Part shown: in pieces, positions 24,088 through 36,600 of the stretch
Position numbering within the stretch: position 1 is the first letter of the stretch
Layout: each line of letters opens with the position of its first letter
Assembly: GCA_043228905.1 (NCBI GenBank)
Contig: JBHGNT010000015.1
Span: forward strand, 3,968,001-4,032,000
Direction of reading: 5' to 3'
Origin: Azolla caroliniana
Lineage: Eukaryota > Plantae > Polypodiophyta
DNA length: 64,000 nucleotides
The notes under the pieces: model-generated
Told to the model about the DNA's origin: nothing
The model's input: the letters and a program-made list of their open reading frames with translations, nothing else
The model's database searches: none
Translations under genes and position numbers: made by a program

Positions 24088-27075
24088 TTGGACCTCAACA
24101 TTCTTGCTCCCTTACCAAACGAAGGAGAACTAGGAAACGATATATTGACTGTTCAAGCACGTTGCATCGCCTGCAGCTTAGGCGTAGAGGACAAAACTGC
24201 TACTCTGTTGGTACACCTACGATCATGCCAACACACATACCATATCGTTTGTTTTCAATATGCATGTCGCATTGCAACGGTCTGTTTCGGGGATTGCAAT
24301 ACAACTCTCTTAGATGAGTGGAGAAAACTGATAGGTAAAATTGTTGCTTGTCTCTATAGTGTAGTAGCTAATTAGCTAAGCCGTGCTGCCGTATAAAGTG
24401 TGGTAGCTATTTAGATGTTATGGTTCAGTAGTGTAGTATCTAATTAGCTACAACCTAAGTATTAGCTAATTAGCCAAGATGTAGCTAATTAGCTAATGCA
24501 AATCAATGGTCTAGCAACTAATTAGCTAACCAATATCAAAAGTGGTAGCTAATTAGCTATTGCCATAATTAAGAAGAATAGCTAATTAGCCAAGATGTAG
24601 CTAATTAGCTATTGCAAATCTATGGTCTAGCAGCTAGCTAAATAGTATCAAGCCATAGTTAAGAAGAATAGATAATTAGCTAAGATGTAGCTAATTAGCT
24701 ACTACCAACGTATAGTCTAGCAACTAATTAGCTAAGTGGTAGCTAATTAGCTACTACCATAATTAAGTAGAATAGTTAATTAGCTAAGCAATATAAAAAG
24801 TGGTAGCTAATTAGCTACTACCATAGTTAAGAAGAATAGCTAATTAGCTACTACTAATCTATGGTCTAACAACTAATTAGCTACAGTGTAGCTAATTAGC
24901 TAAGCAACATCAAAAGTGGTAGCTAATTAGCTAAGCAACATCAAAAGTGGTAGCTAATTAACTCCTGTCATAGTTAAGAAGAATAGCTAATTACCTAAGA
25001 TGTAGTTAATTAGCTACTGTCAACCTATAGTCTGGCAACTGGCTAATTAGCTAAGTGGTAGCTAATTAGCTACTACCATAATTAAGTAGAATAGCTAATT
25101 AGCTAAGCAATATCAAAAGTGGTAGCTAATTAGCTACTGCCATAGTTAAGAAGAATAACTAATTAGCTAAGATGTAGCTAATTAGCTACTGCCAACCTAT
25201 AGTCTAGCAACTAATTGATAAGATGTAGCTAATTAGCTACTATCATAATTAAGTAGAATCGCTAATTAGCTATTGCCAGCCTAATTAGCTAAGATGTACT
25301 ACCATACTTAAGTAGAATAACTAATATTAGCTATTGCCAATCTAAAGTCAGCATCTAATTCGCTAAGCAGTATCAAGTGTGGTAGCTAATTAGCTACTGC
25401 CATAGTTAGGAAGAATAGCTAATTAACTAAGATGTAGCTAATTAGCTAAGTGGTAGCTAATTAGCTACTGCCAACCTATAGCCTAGCAGCTAATTAGCTA
25501 AGCAATATCAAGAGTGGTAGCTAATTCGCTACTGCCATAGTTAGGAAGAATAGCTAATTAGCTAAGATGTAGCTAATTAGCTACTGCCAACCTATAGTCT
25601 AGCAACTAATTAGCTAAGATGTAACTAATTAGCTAAGTGGTAGCTAATTAACTACTGCCAACCTATAGTCTAGCAGCTAATTAGCTAAGATGTAGCTAAT
25701 TAGCTAAGTAGTATCAAGAGTGATAACTAATTAGCTACTGTCATAGTTAAGAAGAATAGCTATTTAGTTAAGATGTCGCAGTATCGACAATATCAAGAGT
25801 GGCCGCTAATTGCGTACCATGTAGCTAATTAGCTATCATGTTTGGAATTCAGCTAAGATCATAGAAAAACACAAGAGAAGCCACTAATTAGCTAACATGT
25901 TGTAGAATCTCATGGATTAAGGAGGTTGCATGAGGTGTTTGGTGCCGATGACGCCGCAACCGATGAGGAGATAACTGGCAACGTGGCTGAAAGTAAGAGT
26001 CCTGCTATCACATCGCCTTCAGATAAGCTCCATCCTATTTGTTTGGAAGATTGTACTAAATTAGGCAACGTTGTGAAAAGCCATGAAATATTGGAAACAA
26101 CACACTGTAAATCTGAGGTTCATAACAACAGTGTTTTTGAACACTTGATGCAACATTTCTTCGAATCCCAAAACCTTGATTCAACCCCACCGAGCCCAAC
26201 TATTGATGATGTCCCACCAGATCCCAATGTACTTGAAAAGCTAGCACAAGACGGGGCTGACGTGCAAGCCGCTATTGAGGCGATGGAAAGGTTGTCGAAG
26301 GAGGACACACTTGTGCAATGGGTGAAAGAAGCAAGGCTAAAATGGGCAACCAGCTAGAAAAAGGCAAAAGAAGGGGTCACGATTGGGGATAAGACCAGTT
26401 ACTCGATCAAGGGGCTCTTGAATTGGAGCTAATTACTACCAATTATTGATTAGTGGGATATGCCAGTTAACTATTTTCCTAGAAAATTATGAAGATGGCC
26501 TATGGTCTATTTGGACAACTAACACCTAAAATTGGTTGTTGCTTGATCCACATTATGTAATGGAACTCTATGGTGGATATTAAGATAATATTATTATTTT
26601 GTTGCAGAATATTTTATGTTCATTATGTTGTTTTGTGAGACTGTTGGCTTCTTTGTGAGTGTGAATATGTTGTTGTTTTTTGATGTTGCAGAGTCTAAAG
26701 GGTTTGAATCTATTGCTCCTAAGGCTGATGGTAGTATGGAAACTGTTGATGTTGCTGCATGTTTAGAGGGCCCCATCTTGAAAGTAGATGTAGCAACTAA
26801 CACAAATGATCTGGTTACGCAAATAGATCAAGCATGTTGCATAGATGATCTGATTTTGACGGTAGATGCAACATGTGATACCAGTGGGTTGATATCGACT
26901 AGAGAAGTATCTACATGCACAGAGGTGGACTGATGACACAATCGACTATACAAGAGCAAAATAGTTTGAAGCCAAGCCCAATGATTGCACAAGAGCAAAA
27001 CAAGGTGAAGCCAGATCCAAAGACACAGTCGACTAGGAGTTTGAAGAGGAAAAGGACACAAATTGCACAATATGT
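24088..27075 (+). pseudogene. Spliced gene remnant with a RING-H2-like N-terminal exon, acidic exons and a KRKR motif, truncated by a Copia element
   Basis: CIAC-x17-CQH-TYH-IVC-x10-C-x3-C. The phase-1 intron GT 24335 to AG 25905 joins in frame to ORF 25926-26357. A further acceptor lies at 26691. In-frame stops at 26355 and 26931. Confidence 0.5.
24360..25895. repeat. Array of the 14-bp palindrome TAGCTAATTAGCTA separated by a small set of recurring spacers
   Basis: Dozens of perfect or near-perfect copies. Spacers AGATG, AGTGG, CTGCCATAGTTAAGAAGAA, CTGCCAACCTATAGTCTAGCA and AGCAATATCAAAAGTGG recur. Confidence 0.95.
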
Positions 27076-30000
27076 AATACCAAGCACGTGGTGCTTGCTT
27101 GAGGCCGTAGAGAGGCTTCTTGAGTTGGCATACAACTTTCGGATAAATGTGCGATTTGAAGTCGGGTGGTTGTACCATGTACACCTCCTCTTCTAATTCG
27201 CCTTGAAGAAAGGCGTTCTTTACGTCCATTTGATGCGAGTGCGATCGCGGTCCGCATAGTTGTCATCTTTGCCACCGAGGCAAATGTTTGTTCGTAGTCG
27301 ACTCCATGTGTCTGTGCATATCCTTTTGCTATGAGTTGAGCTTTGTAGCGGTTTATTGAGCCGTTGTCATTGTACTTCACCTTGTAGATTGATCTACAGT
27401 TGATCGCCTTCTTGTGCTGTGAGTGGGGTACAAGATCCCGTGTCTTGTTTTTCGAGAGTGCTTGCATCTCCTCATTCGTCGCTTCAACCCATCTGGGGTC
27501 CTTCGCGGCTTCAAAAAACGATTCCGGCTCCCGTAATATCGCTACCTTGACCATAAAGGCGTAATGGTACGCCATATAATCGTTGTAGCCAAATTGGCTT
27601 ACATGGTTCTTTTCGCGGGTGGATCGGCAGAGCTTCTCATTTGCGGATACTAAGGCTTTCTTTGCTCCATTTGTCCGGATGTCAAGGCCTTCAAACTCAC
27701 TATCGAGGGAGTGAGTCGATTAATTGCCGTCGAAGTGATCGTCTTCATACTCCGACATTTTAACCTTCCCTTTGTCCAGCTTCAGACTTGGCCGAGATGT
27801 GCTTTGATTGCTCGGAGGCTCTTGTGGCCCACTAAGCCTTGTCGTAATCGGGCTTTCTTTGAACATGCGTGTGAGCTGATCTTCGGCTTCTATCTCTATT
27901 TTGGCAGATTCTGGGTTGAGCGGTATCAGAGTTGAAGTTATCTCTGGTGCGTACCAAGATGCAGACTCGTCGAAAGCAACGTCTTGACATGAGATTTTTG
28001 AGTTGAGGGGTTATAGCACTTGTACCCCTTTTGCTCCAGTGAGTATCCTACGAGGATACATTTCTCTGACTTTAGGTCGAGCTTTTGTCGCTTCTCATCG
28101 GGGATGTGCACGTACGCAATGGAGCCGAATATCTGAACATGTGATAGGTCCGACTTCTTTCTGAAAAACTTCTCGTGCGGAGTAAGTTCGTGCACACCCG
28201 TTGTCATACACAGATTCATGAGGTATACGGCCGTGTTAGCCGCTTTTGCCTAGTATGACTTTGACAGGAGCTTTTTCGTTCATCATGGCCCGTGCTACTT
28301 TGAGAATGTGCTGATTCTTTCCTTCGGCGACTTCGTTTTGTTGTGGCGTATGTCAACACGAAAACTCTCGCTGAATTCCTTCTTTCCGTAGAAAAGCCGA
28401 AAATTCGTTGGAGAAGTACTCCTTGCCTCCATTCGACCGAAGACATTGTACATGTCGGCCCGTGGCTTTCTGGACTTCATTCTTAAATTTTTGGAAGTGT
28501 TCGAACACTTCGCTCTTTTGCCACTTGGGGTAGATCCAGGTGTGCCGGGAGAAGTTGTCGATGAAGGTCATGTAGTATCAGCATCCGCCGAATGTAGCCG
28601 TTTAAGCCAGACCCCATACATCGGAATGAATTACGTCAAGTACGCCTTTGCTCACGTTTCACTCCTTTGGAAATGGGTGCCGATGTTGCTTGCTGAATTG
28701 GAAAATGGCACACACGCCTTCAATCTCTTTCTCCTTGAAAGTCAGGAGCCCAATGAAGACTCCTTTCGATTGCATTGCCTTGAGCTTTTGGAGGTTGATA
28801 TGGCCAATCTGCGTGTGCCATAACTCTATGTCGGAATTGGCTTTCGTGCACTTTGTGAACATGGCCGATTTCATCTCGTGCGAGTGGAGAATGAACATTC
28901 AACCCTCTCTTTGTCCGCGAGCGATGAGTCAGACACCTTTTTTGATGAAGCAACCGACTTGATTAAATCGTACTTGCATCCCTTGCTCAACAATTTGGCT
29001 GACGGACACCAAATTCTTCGTAATGGTTGGTACATGTAAGACATTCTTAATAAAATTTTGGTTACCTTCTTTGCCGAATGGGACATTGCCGATGTGATGT
29101 GTTGAATTGGATGCGTAGTGTCGTTTCCGGTTTCAACATAGCTGGGTCATTTTGGCGCTCGAAGTTCTCGGAACCATTCTTGATGAGACGTCATATGGTT
29201 CGAGGCACCAGAGTGGACGAACCATACGTCTTCCGGACCGGAGGCACTAGTTGAAGTAGAAGCCAACATAGAATTTTCTCTATGTCTCATCACGAACATT
29301 CCACTACGATCCTCATAGTCGGAGTTGGTGGCGTAATTAGTGAGTTGTCGGCTAGTGGAAGCAGCCTCACGCATCTTCTTATGACAGTCTTCTTCGTGGT
29401 GACTGATTTTTCCGCAATAACCGCCTTCGACCGAGTTTTGTCGGCTTGGACTAGAATGGAAGCTACCCCTTCTTCCGAAGGTTCCTCGATGGCTTCCTTC
29501 ATGATGCCGAAATTGCGAGTTGTTTTCGTAAGTAGGGCCTCGTCCGCCTCGTCTGCCTCGTTCTTGGCTGAATCGGTCTCTTCTTGCATGGCCACATCCT
29601 CTTCCTCCGTTCGAGTGTGAGTAAAGCATGTGGCCTTCCGAGGTGTTGCTCCTTGTTCGAACATGGTTTTCTTCGACCAACAACATGGATTGATGATCAT
29701 AGAACGAGGGCAGATTCTCCCGTGCTAATACGGCGGTCGTCATCGCGCCGAACCGTTGTGCAAGGCCGCCCAGGCATATTTGCGCTGAACAGTACTGGGA
29801 TGGGTGACCTCCCGGGAAGTCCTGGTTACATCTACGATAGTAATGGGTTCAGGAGGGCCCATTGCTATCAAGACTGGACATGCTCCGTATTCGAGCGGTA
29901 TATCGACCCGCACTCCTTGCAAAAGCCGTAAGGCAAAACCCTCCTTGTTCGAACATGGTTTTCTTCAACCAATAACATGGATTGACGATCATAGAAGGAG

Positions 30001-30928
30001 GGCGGATTCTCCCGTGCTAATACGGCGGTCCTCATCGCGCCGAACCGTTGTGCAAGGCCGCCCAGGCATATTTGCACCATCTCATCATCGTCCACATTGA
30101 CACTTATCCAGCCGCGTGAGTTGAATGTTGGATGTTGTTCAACTCTTGGCGGAGTTGAAATTTTCTTGCAGTTGTGTTGGCGGCGAAAATCTTTCGTAGA
30201 TTCTCCCACTCTTCCTTTGGCATCTCGACTTCTCGAATGTAGCCGAGCATGTGTTCGAGAACACATGTTGCCAAGAAATACATCACTCGGCTTGCCGCTT
30301 GCTCCCATGTTGCGTAGTTGGCATGTTTCAGGTTGGGTCGGTTTTCTTGTGCTCCTTTGATGTAACCCCAATAGCCTTGGCCGACAAGGTATTGGTGCAT
30401 CTTGTACTCCCAAGATGCACAATTGTTTTGATCTAGCTTCTCGCAAGGGAGAGCGCTCCCCATTTGAGTATTCATTGTCGATGAAGATTTCTTCTTTCTT
30501 CTGTTTTCCTTCTCTCTCGAATATGAGCTATGTACTCGTACTATGATAGCGATGGACTGGTTCTTCTCAAACGTCGGCGTAGAACACAACACATGCGGAT
30601 GGGCTAGATCAAGCTACCAAACCGCTCTGATACCATGTAAAGAATCGGGTATGATTCTTGTCCAGCGGAAGACATGTGTGTTATGTGTATGTGTGAGAGG
30701 AATTAGAGGAGAGAAGAGAGAACACAAGATAGATAGAAAAAGGAATACTAAAGAAGAAAGTGTATATTCACAAGTAGAATAGCAAATACAAAAATGTAGC
30801 ATTACAAGGAGTCACAACAGACTTAGTATGAAGTATGAGGAGGGTGCTTTATATATAGTCACCCTCTCTCTTCATTAACTAACTACAACAACCACTCTCT
30901 CTTGGGGAATCTGAAGACTCATAGTCAC
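27075..30928 (-). mobile_element. Ty1/Copia retrotransposon, degenerate and 3'-truncated (partial LTR 30636-30928, PBS 30624-30635, gag-PR-IN-RT)
   Basis: PBS TGGTATCAGAGC (tRNA-iMet). gag starts at 30475. Protease WFVHSGASNHMT, pre-integrase LWHTQIGHIN, integrase CLRSNGGKEY, RT YKAQLIAKGYAQ and [12 protein letters not shown]...[12 protein letters not shown] appear in Copia domain order. Confidence 0.92.
29791..29823 (+). other. 33-nt 5S rRNA-derived fragment (C-box region) in filler DNA inside the Copia gag
   Basis: AGTACTGGGATGGGTGACCTCCCGGGAAGTCCT is near-identical to the 3' third of plant 5S rRNA. Confidence 0.8.
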
Positions 30929-31415
30929 TTCCATCGAAGGTACGCCGCCGCTTCGTAGATTCGCCGAAGCACTTCTATTCATCTAGAGGTAACTGACAAT
31001 TTTGCTATGAAAAGAATATTAAGGGGCTTTCGTACGACCATATGAGCTCAATGTTTTGGTCAAGTACATTCATGTATCTTTGGTTGATTGATACAAAAAA
31101 CACAAACGGTTGCTGACCATAGGGCTCGAGCCCATGACCAAAAAGCATAACGCCTTTTCCTATACCGTAAACCTGACCCGGCCCCATGCGCTCCTTACTT
31201 AACTCAACCCCAAAACAATTGTGATCTTCCATCGATGGTAAGGCGCTTTCTCTCACTGTGATGACGCACTTGGAATTATCTAAAATTGACATCATTTTTT
31301 TCTAACAAGAATATTAACACCCTCACGAACAACGATATGATCTGAGGCTTTCCGTCAAGGACTTTTGTGCAAATATTGTTCACTAATAGAAACATTTTAC
31401 TACGAGAACAACGTT

Positions 31416-31486
31416 CGTCAACCATGGGGCTCGAACTCATTACCACAAAGTTAAGCCTTGCGCCCTACCATCTGAGCTAGGCCGGC
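31416..31486 (-). pseudogene. tRNA-Lys-derived array copy with a 2-nt deletion in the anticodon arm
   Basis: GCCGGCCTAGCTCAGATGGTAGGGCGCAAGGCTTAAC...; lacks CT of the anticodon loop. Confidence 0.75.
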
Positions 31487-32167
31487 ACCATGTGCTTTTC
31501 ACTAGGGTGTATTTATTGGGATAAGACCAAACGTTTTACTTTGACAATAGGAGTAAGGGCCTTGCGCACCATCGTTGAATTTAGTGTGCGACTTATTACA
31601 ACTCGAAGCATTTTCACGGGTATAGGGATTTGTGGAAATTTTAATTAGAGTATATTCCAATCTTCCATCAAAGGTATGCCACCGTTTCGTAGCTCCGATG
31701 AAGCACTTCTAGTCATCTAAAGGTAACTGAGAATTTTGCTATGAAAAGAATATTAAGCCGCTTCCATACGACCATATGAGCTAGATGTTTTGGCCAAGCA
31801 TATTCATGTATCTTTCGTTGATTGATAAAGAAATTATACTCAAACACAAATGGTTGTTGACCATAGGGCTCGAGCCTATGACTAGAAGGCTTAACGTCTT
31901 TTCCTCTACCGTAAACCTAACTCGGCTCCACGCACTCTTTGCTTAACTCAACCCCAGATCAATTGCGATCTTCCGTTGATGCTAAGGCGAGTTCTCTCAC
32001 TGTGATTACATACTTGGAGTCATCTAGAATTGAGTCATCATTTTTTTATAACGGGAATATTAACACCCTCGCAAACAACCATATGATCTGAGGCGTGCCG
32101 TCAAGGACTTTCGTACAGATATTGTTCACTAATAGAAACAATAACATTTTATTTCGAGACCAATGAT

Positions 32168-32240
32168 ATCCGACCATGGGGCTTGAACCCATACCCACAA
32201 GGTTAAGAGCCTTGCACTCTACCATATGAGCTAGGCCGGC
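32168..32240 (-). tRNA. tRNA-Lys(CTT)-like array copy (G1:A72 mismatch; function doubtful)
   Basis: GCCGGCCTAGCTCATATGGTAGAGTGCAAGG-CTCTTAA-CCTTGTGGGTATGGGTTCAAGCCCCATGGTCGGAT, 73-nt cloverleaf. Confidence 0.6.
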
Positions 32241-33221
32241 TCTATGTGCTTTTCAATAAGTGTATTCATTGGGAGTGGACCAAACGTTTTACTTTGACAA
32301 TAGGAGTAATTGCCCTGGACACCACCGTTGAATTTAGTGTGCGACTCATTACAACCCGAAGTATTTTAACGGGTATAGGGAATTGTGAATATTTTAGTTA
32401 GAGGCTATTCCGATCTTCCACCGAAGGTACGTCGCCGCGTCGTAGTGCCGACGAAGCACGTCTATTCATCTAAAGGCAACTCATAATTTTGCTATGAAAA
32501 GAATATTAAGTGGCTTTCGAACGACCATATGAGCTCGATGTTTTGGTGAAGTACATTCATGTATCTTTCATTGATTGATACAAAAAACACAATTGGTTTC
32601 TGGCCATAGGGCTCAAGCCCATGACCACAAAGCTTAGCGTGTTTTCCTTTACCGTAAACCTAACCCGGCTGGATGCGCTCTTTACTTAACTAAACCCTAG
32701 AACAATTGCGATCTTCCATCGATGGTGAGGCGCCATCTCTCACTGTGATGATGCACTTGGAATTATCTTAAATTGACTCATCAGTTTTTTCTAACAAGAA
32801 TATTAACACCATTGTTCGCAACGATGTGATCTGAGGGTTTTCGTTCAAGATTTTCGTGCAAATATTGTTCACTAATAGAAACATTTTACTACGAAACCTA
32901 TGTTCGCCGACCACAGGGCTCTAGCCCATGAACACAAGGCTTAGCACCTTTTCCTCTACCGTAAACCTAATCCGGTTCAACGCGCTCTTTACTTAACTCA
33001 ACCCCAAAACAATTGCGATCTTCCATCGATGCTAAAGCGCCCTCTCTCACTGTGATGATGCACTTGGAGTCATATAGAATTGACTCATCATTTTGTTCTA
33101 ACAAGAATATTAACACCCTCGCGGACAACCATATGATCTGAGGCTTGCCATCAAGGACTTTCGTGCAAATATTGTTCATTAATCTATAGAAACAATAACA
33201 ATTTACTTCGAGACCAATGAT

Positions 33222-33294
33222 CGCCGACAATGGGGCTTGAACCCATGACCACAAGGTTAAGAGCCTTGCGATCTACCATTTTAGCTACGCCGGC
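33222..33294 (-). tRNA. tRNA-Lys(CTT)-like array copy (D-stem damaged)
   Basis: GCCGGCGTAGCTAAAATGGTAGATCGCAAGG-CTCTTAA-CCTTGTGGTCATGGGTTCAAGCCCCATTGTCGGCG. Confidence 0.6.
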
Positions 33295-33640
33295 TCCATG
33301 GGCTTTTCACTAAGATGAATTTAATGGGAGTGGACCAAACGTTTTAGTTTGACAATAGGAGTAAGTGCCCTGCAAACCACCGTTAAATTTAGTGTGTGAC
33401 TCATTACAACTCGACGCATTTTCATCGGGATAGGGATTTCTGACTATTTTAGTTAGAGGCTATTCCGACCTTCCATCAAAGGTACGCCGCCGCTTCGTAT
33501 CTTCGATGAAGCACTTCTAGTCATCGAAAGGTAACTGAGAATTTTGCTATGAAAAGAATATTAAGCGGCTTCCGTACGACTGTAGGAGCTCGATGTTTTG
33601 GTCAAGAATATTCATGTATCTTTCGTTGATTGATAAAATT

Positions 33641-36600
33641 GTTTGTTGAGAATCAAGCTCAATATAGTGCAATGTGTGAACACACCTTTTGAAAATCTAT
33701 GATTACTCAAAGGTCAAGAGTCACACCACTACTCTGTATACATTAACTATGTGTCGTAGAATCATATTCTATGACACATAACTAATGAGTTACATATTCC
33801 CCATGACTATGAGTCTTCACATTCCTCCTCATACTTCATATTAGGTCGGTTAATCTCGTTTGTAACATACATCTTCTTGAGTATTTTTCCATTGTCCATT
33901 CTATCTATCTTGTGTTTCGAGAACCCAATCCCGACAATGCACAATATTTAAGATGAATAGAAACCTAGAAATGGTAAATGTCGACCCTGTAGATGTAGGC
34001 ACCAGACGTAGATCAAAGGATTGAGGTGCAGACGCCACGAGCTTTGGCCATAATCTACTCGAGGTTGGCAGTCGGCACCGGATGGTCATATATAATGGTT
34101 TAGCCAGGTGGCCAGGCTTGGAAGAGCTCACGTGTTTCCCACATAGAGGAGGGGAAAACACAATTTATTATCTAATAGGACGCCCTGAAGCTACCCACAT
34201 GATTAACTCCTTCTGGGTGGCCCCATGCCCTATTGGCATAGGCCATAGTTTCTTATACTTCGAGCTAAAATGCGATATCTCTAACGTCACCAACTCTAGT
34301 CAACCACGCCATCACACCACAATACATTTTACACATGAGCTCTCTGACATGTACTCTCGACATGTTCAGGCCCATCTCTCCTCCCTTGATCCCTCCCTAC
34401 CTTTGGAAAGCCTTAGTACAAAACTCACACACATCCTTCACTTCGTTGCAGTTAGCAGTTTCCCATATACAAAACACTCAAATAAAGGTAGATCAGGATC
34501 TATGCCACAAAATAAATGGTATGATGAGGATTGTAGAGACTTACATAGACAACTTACACTATCGCAACTTAGTGGTAGTATTACCTCAATAAAAGCTCGC
34601 AAAAAAATGTGCAAGATGACACGTCGTAAAAGACGAGCGTGGGAGGCATCCCAATATTGGGAACTCTACCATATGTTCATGAGTAGCGATTGCGCCTCCG
34701 CATGGAAGAGACTATGGGAGCCAAGACCACAAACACCCATCGAAGATCTCGAGACCTGGCACGCATATACAGAGAGACTTTACCAAATCCCAAACCAACC
34801 ACCCATTCCAATGCCTTCTACACCCCGACCTTCCACGGAGACACTTTTCACGACCTCTAGGGTCGCGATGGTCATAAAGAAATTACAACATAGGAAGTCC
34901 ATGGACCATACAGGATTGCAAGCAGAACACATTATATATGCGAGAGAGTGCCTAGCTCCCTTGCTAACTCTAATCTTCAATTGCATCCTCGTGGAGGATT
35001 TTCCACCACAATGGACTATGAACACAGTGGTCCCCATACATAAAGGGGGGGACCCCATGGACCCTATCATGCCCTTGCTAAATTATATGGTGTAGTAATG
35101 GAAGCAGAACTTCGCAATTATATGGAGACTCTAAATCTTCGTGCACCTGAATAGGCTGGCTTTAGACGAGGCTTCCCCACTATTGATCATATCTTCACGC
35201 TTAGATGCTTAATTGACCAAACTAAGGCTCGCAAGAAGAAATTATATTGTTGTTTTGTGGACTTCCGCAAAGCCTTTGACACAGTCCCTAGAGAGCGGTT
35301 GTTTGATAGGCTTAAAAGCTTGAGGATACCAGATGACATGGTCTGGGCCATCTACGCACTATATGAACAAGTGTTCGGGTGTGTCCGATGCCTAGGTGGC
35401 CTATCCAATTGTTTCACTAGCACTATTGGAGTAAAACAATGTTGCCCCCTATCACCGACCCTTTTTGGGATCTACATTGATGAGATAACAGATTTTATTG
35501 CTTGTAAGGGAGGCAACAGAGTTGTCCTTGGGGATATGTAGGTTTGTATCTTGCTCTATGCAAATGACATAGTTTTGATCTCTGAATCCGAACACGACCT
35601 ACAAAGGCACCTTAATGCCTTAGATGACTGTTGCGCACAACGAGGATTGGTAGTGAATCTAGGGAAAACTAAAGTCCTTATCTTCCACACATCGGCCCAA
35701 GTTAGAGCTAAGTGTCACCTAACTATCTCCCATAGACTAGTTGAAGTGGTTGGATCATATGTCTATCTCGGAGTCACTTTCAGTGCCCGCTCAAGTAAAT
35801 TTTCGATGACACAGGCCGTGAAGGATAGACTTATGAGAGGACATGCATCCCTCTCACTCCTAGGGAGACAATGCCACCAAGCATACTTTCAAAAGCCACA
35901 GACTAAAGGGTGGATCTTTGATTCATTAGTGACCCCCTCCCTCATGTATGCATCAGTGGTTTGGGCTTCAGGATTACCATCTTTCATGTGGACGCAATTA
36001 GAGAGACCATTGGTGATGATGTTATCACGCCAACTCTGAAGCAAATTGACAGTACCCCATGACATTATTAGGGTTGAGTTCACTTTACCCCCAATGTTAG
36101 TAGAAGCACTTTTCCAACTTGTAGTCTTTATTCATAGAATACATAGCCAGCCACATGATAGAATATCTTATCAAGCCTTTAAGGCCTCTCGATCACTGTA
36201 TGAGTCCGGCTATACTAGCTCATGGTATGGCATGATGGTGAGTTGGCTTCTTGCGAATGGTCTAGACATTAATAACCTACCTCCCCTTAGGTACAACCAC
36301 ACGATTGATAACACTTTAATCTCTCATGAGGACCACAATAAAGTAATACGCCAAGAACTATGGTAAATTTACACTTGGTATAAATGGATCACCCCACTAG
36401 AGCCACTCCTATCTAAAATGTTGTATTATAAGGAACACTTCATGCACTTCTCTATGTTAGGTTTTATCACGTGGCCAAAATATCTAGATATATTCTTACC
36501 ACATGCACTAAGGGTTGCCATTGGACAACTTAGAATATCATCTCACCAACTTGAGATTGAGAGTGGTCGTACTAATGGAGTCCCTAGGGAGGAAAGGATA

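Noticed and set aside
24360-25895. CRISPR-like appearance of palindromic repeats with spacers
   Set aside because: Repeats are only 14 bp, spacers recur rather than being unique, there are no cas genes, and the context is a plant nuclear genome.
29791-29823. Possible 5S rRNA gene
   Set aside because: Only 33 nt; lacks the 5' two-thirds and a terminator, so it is recorded as a fragment.
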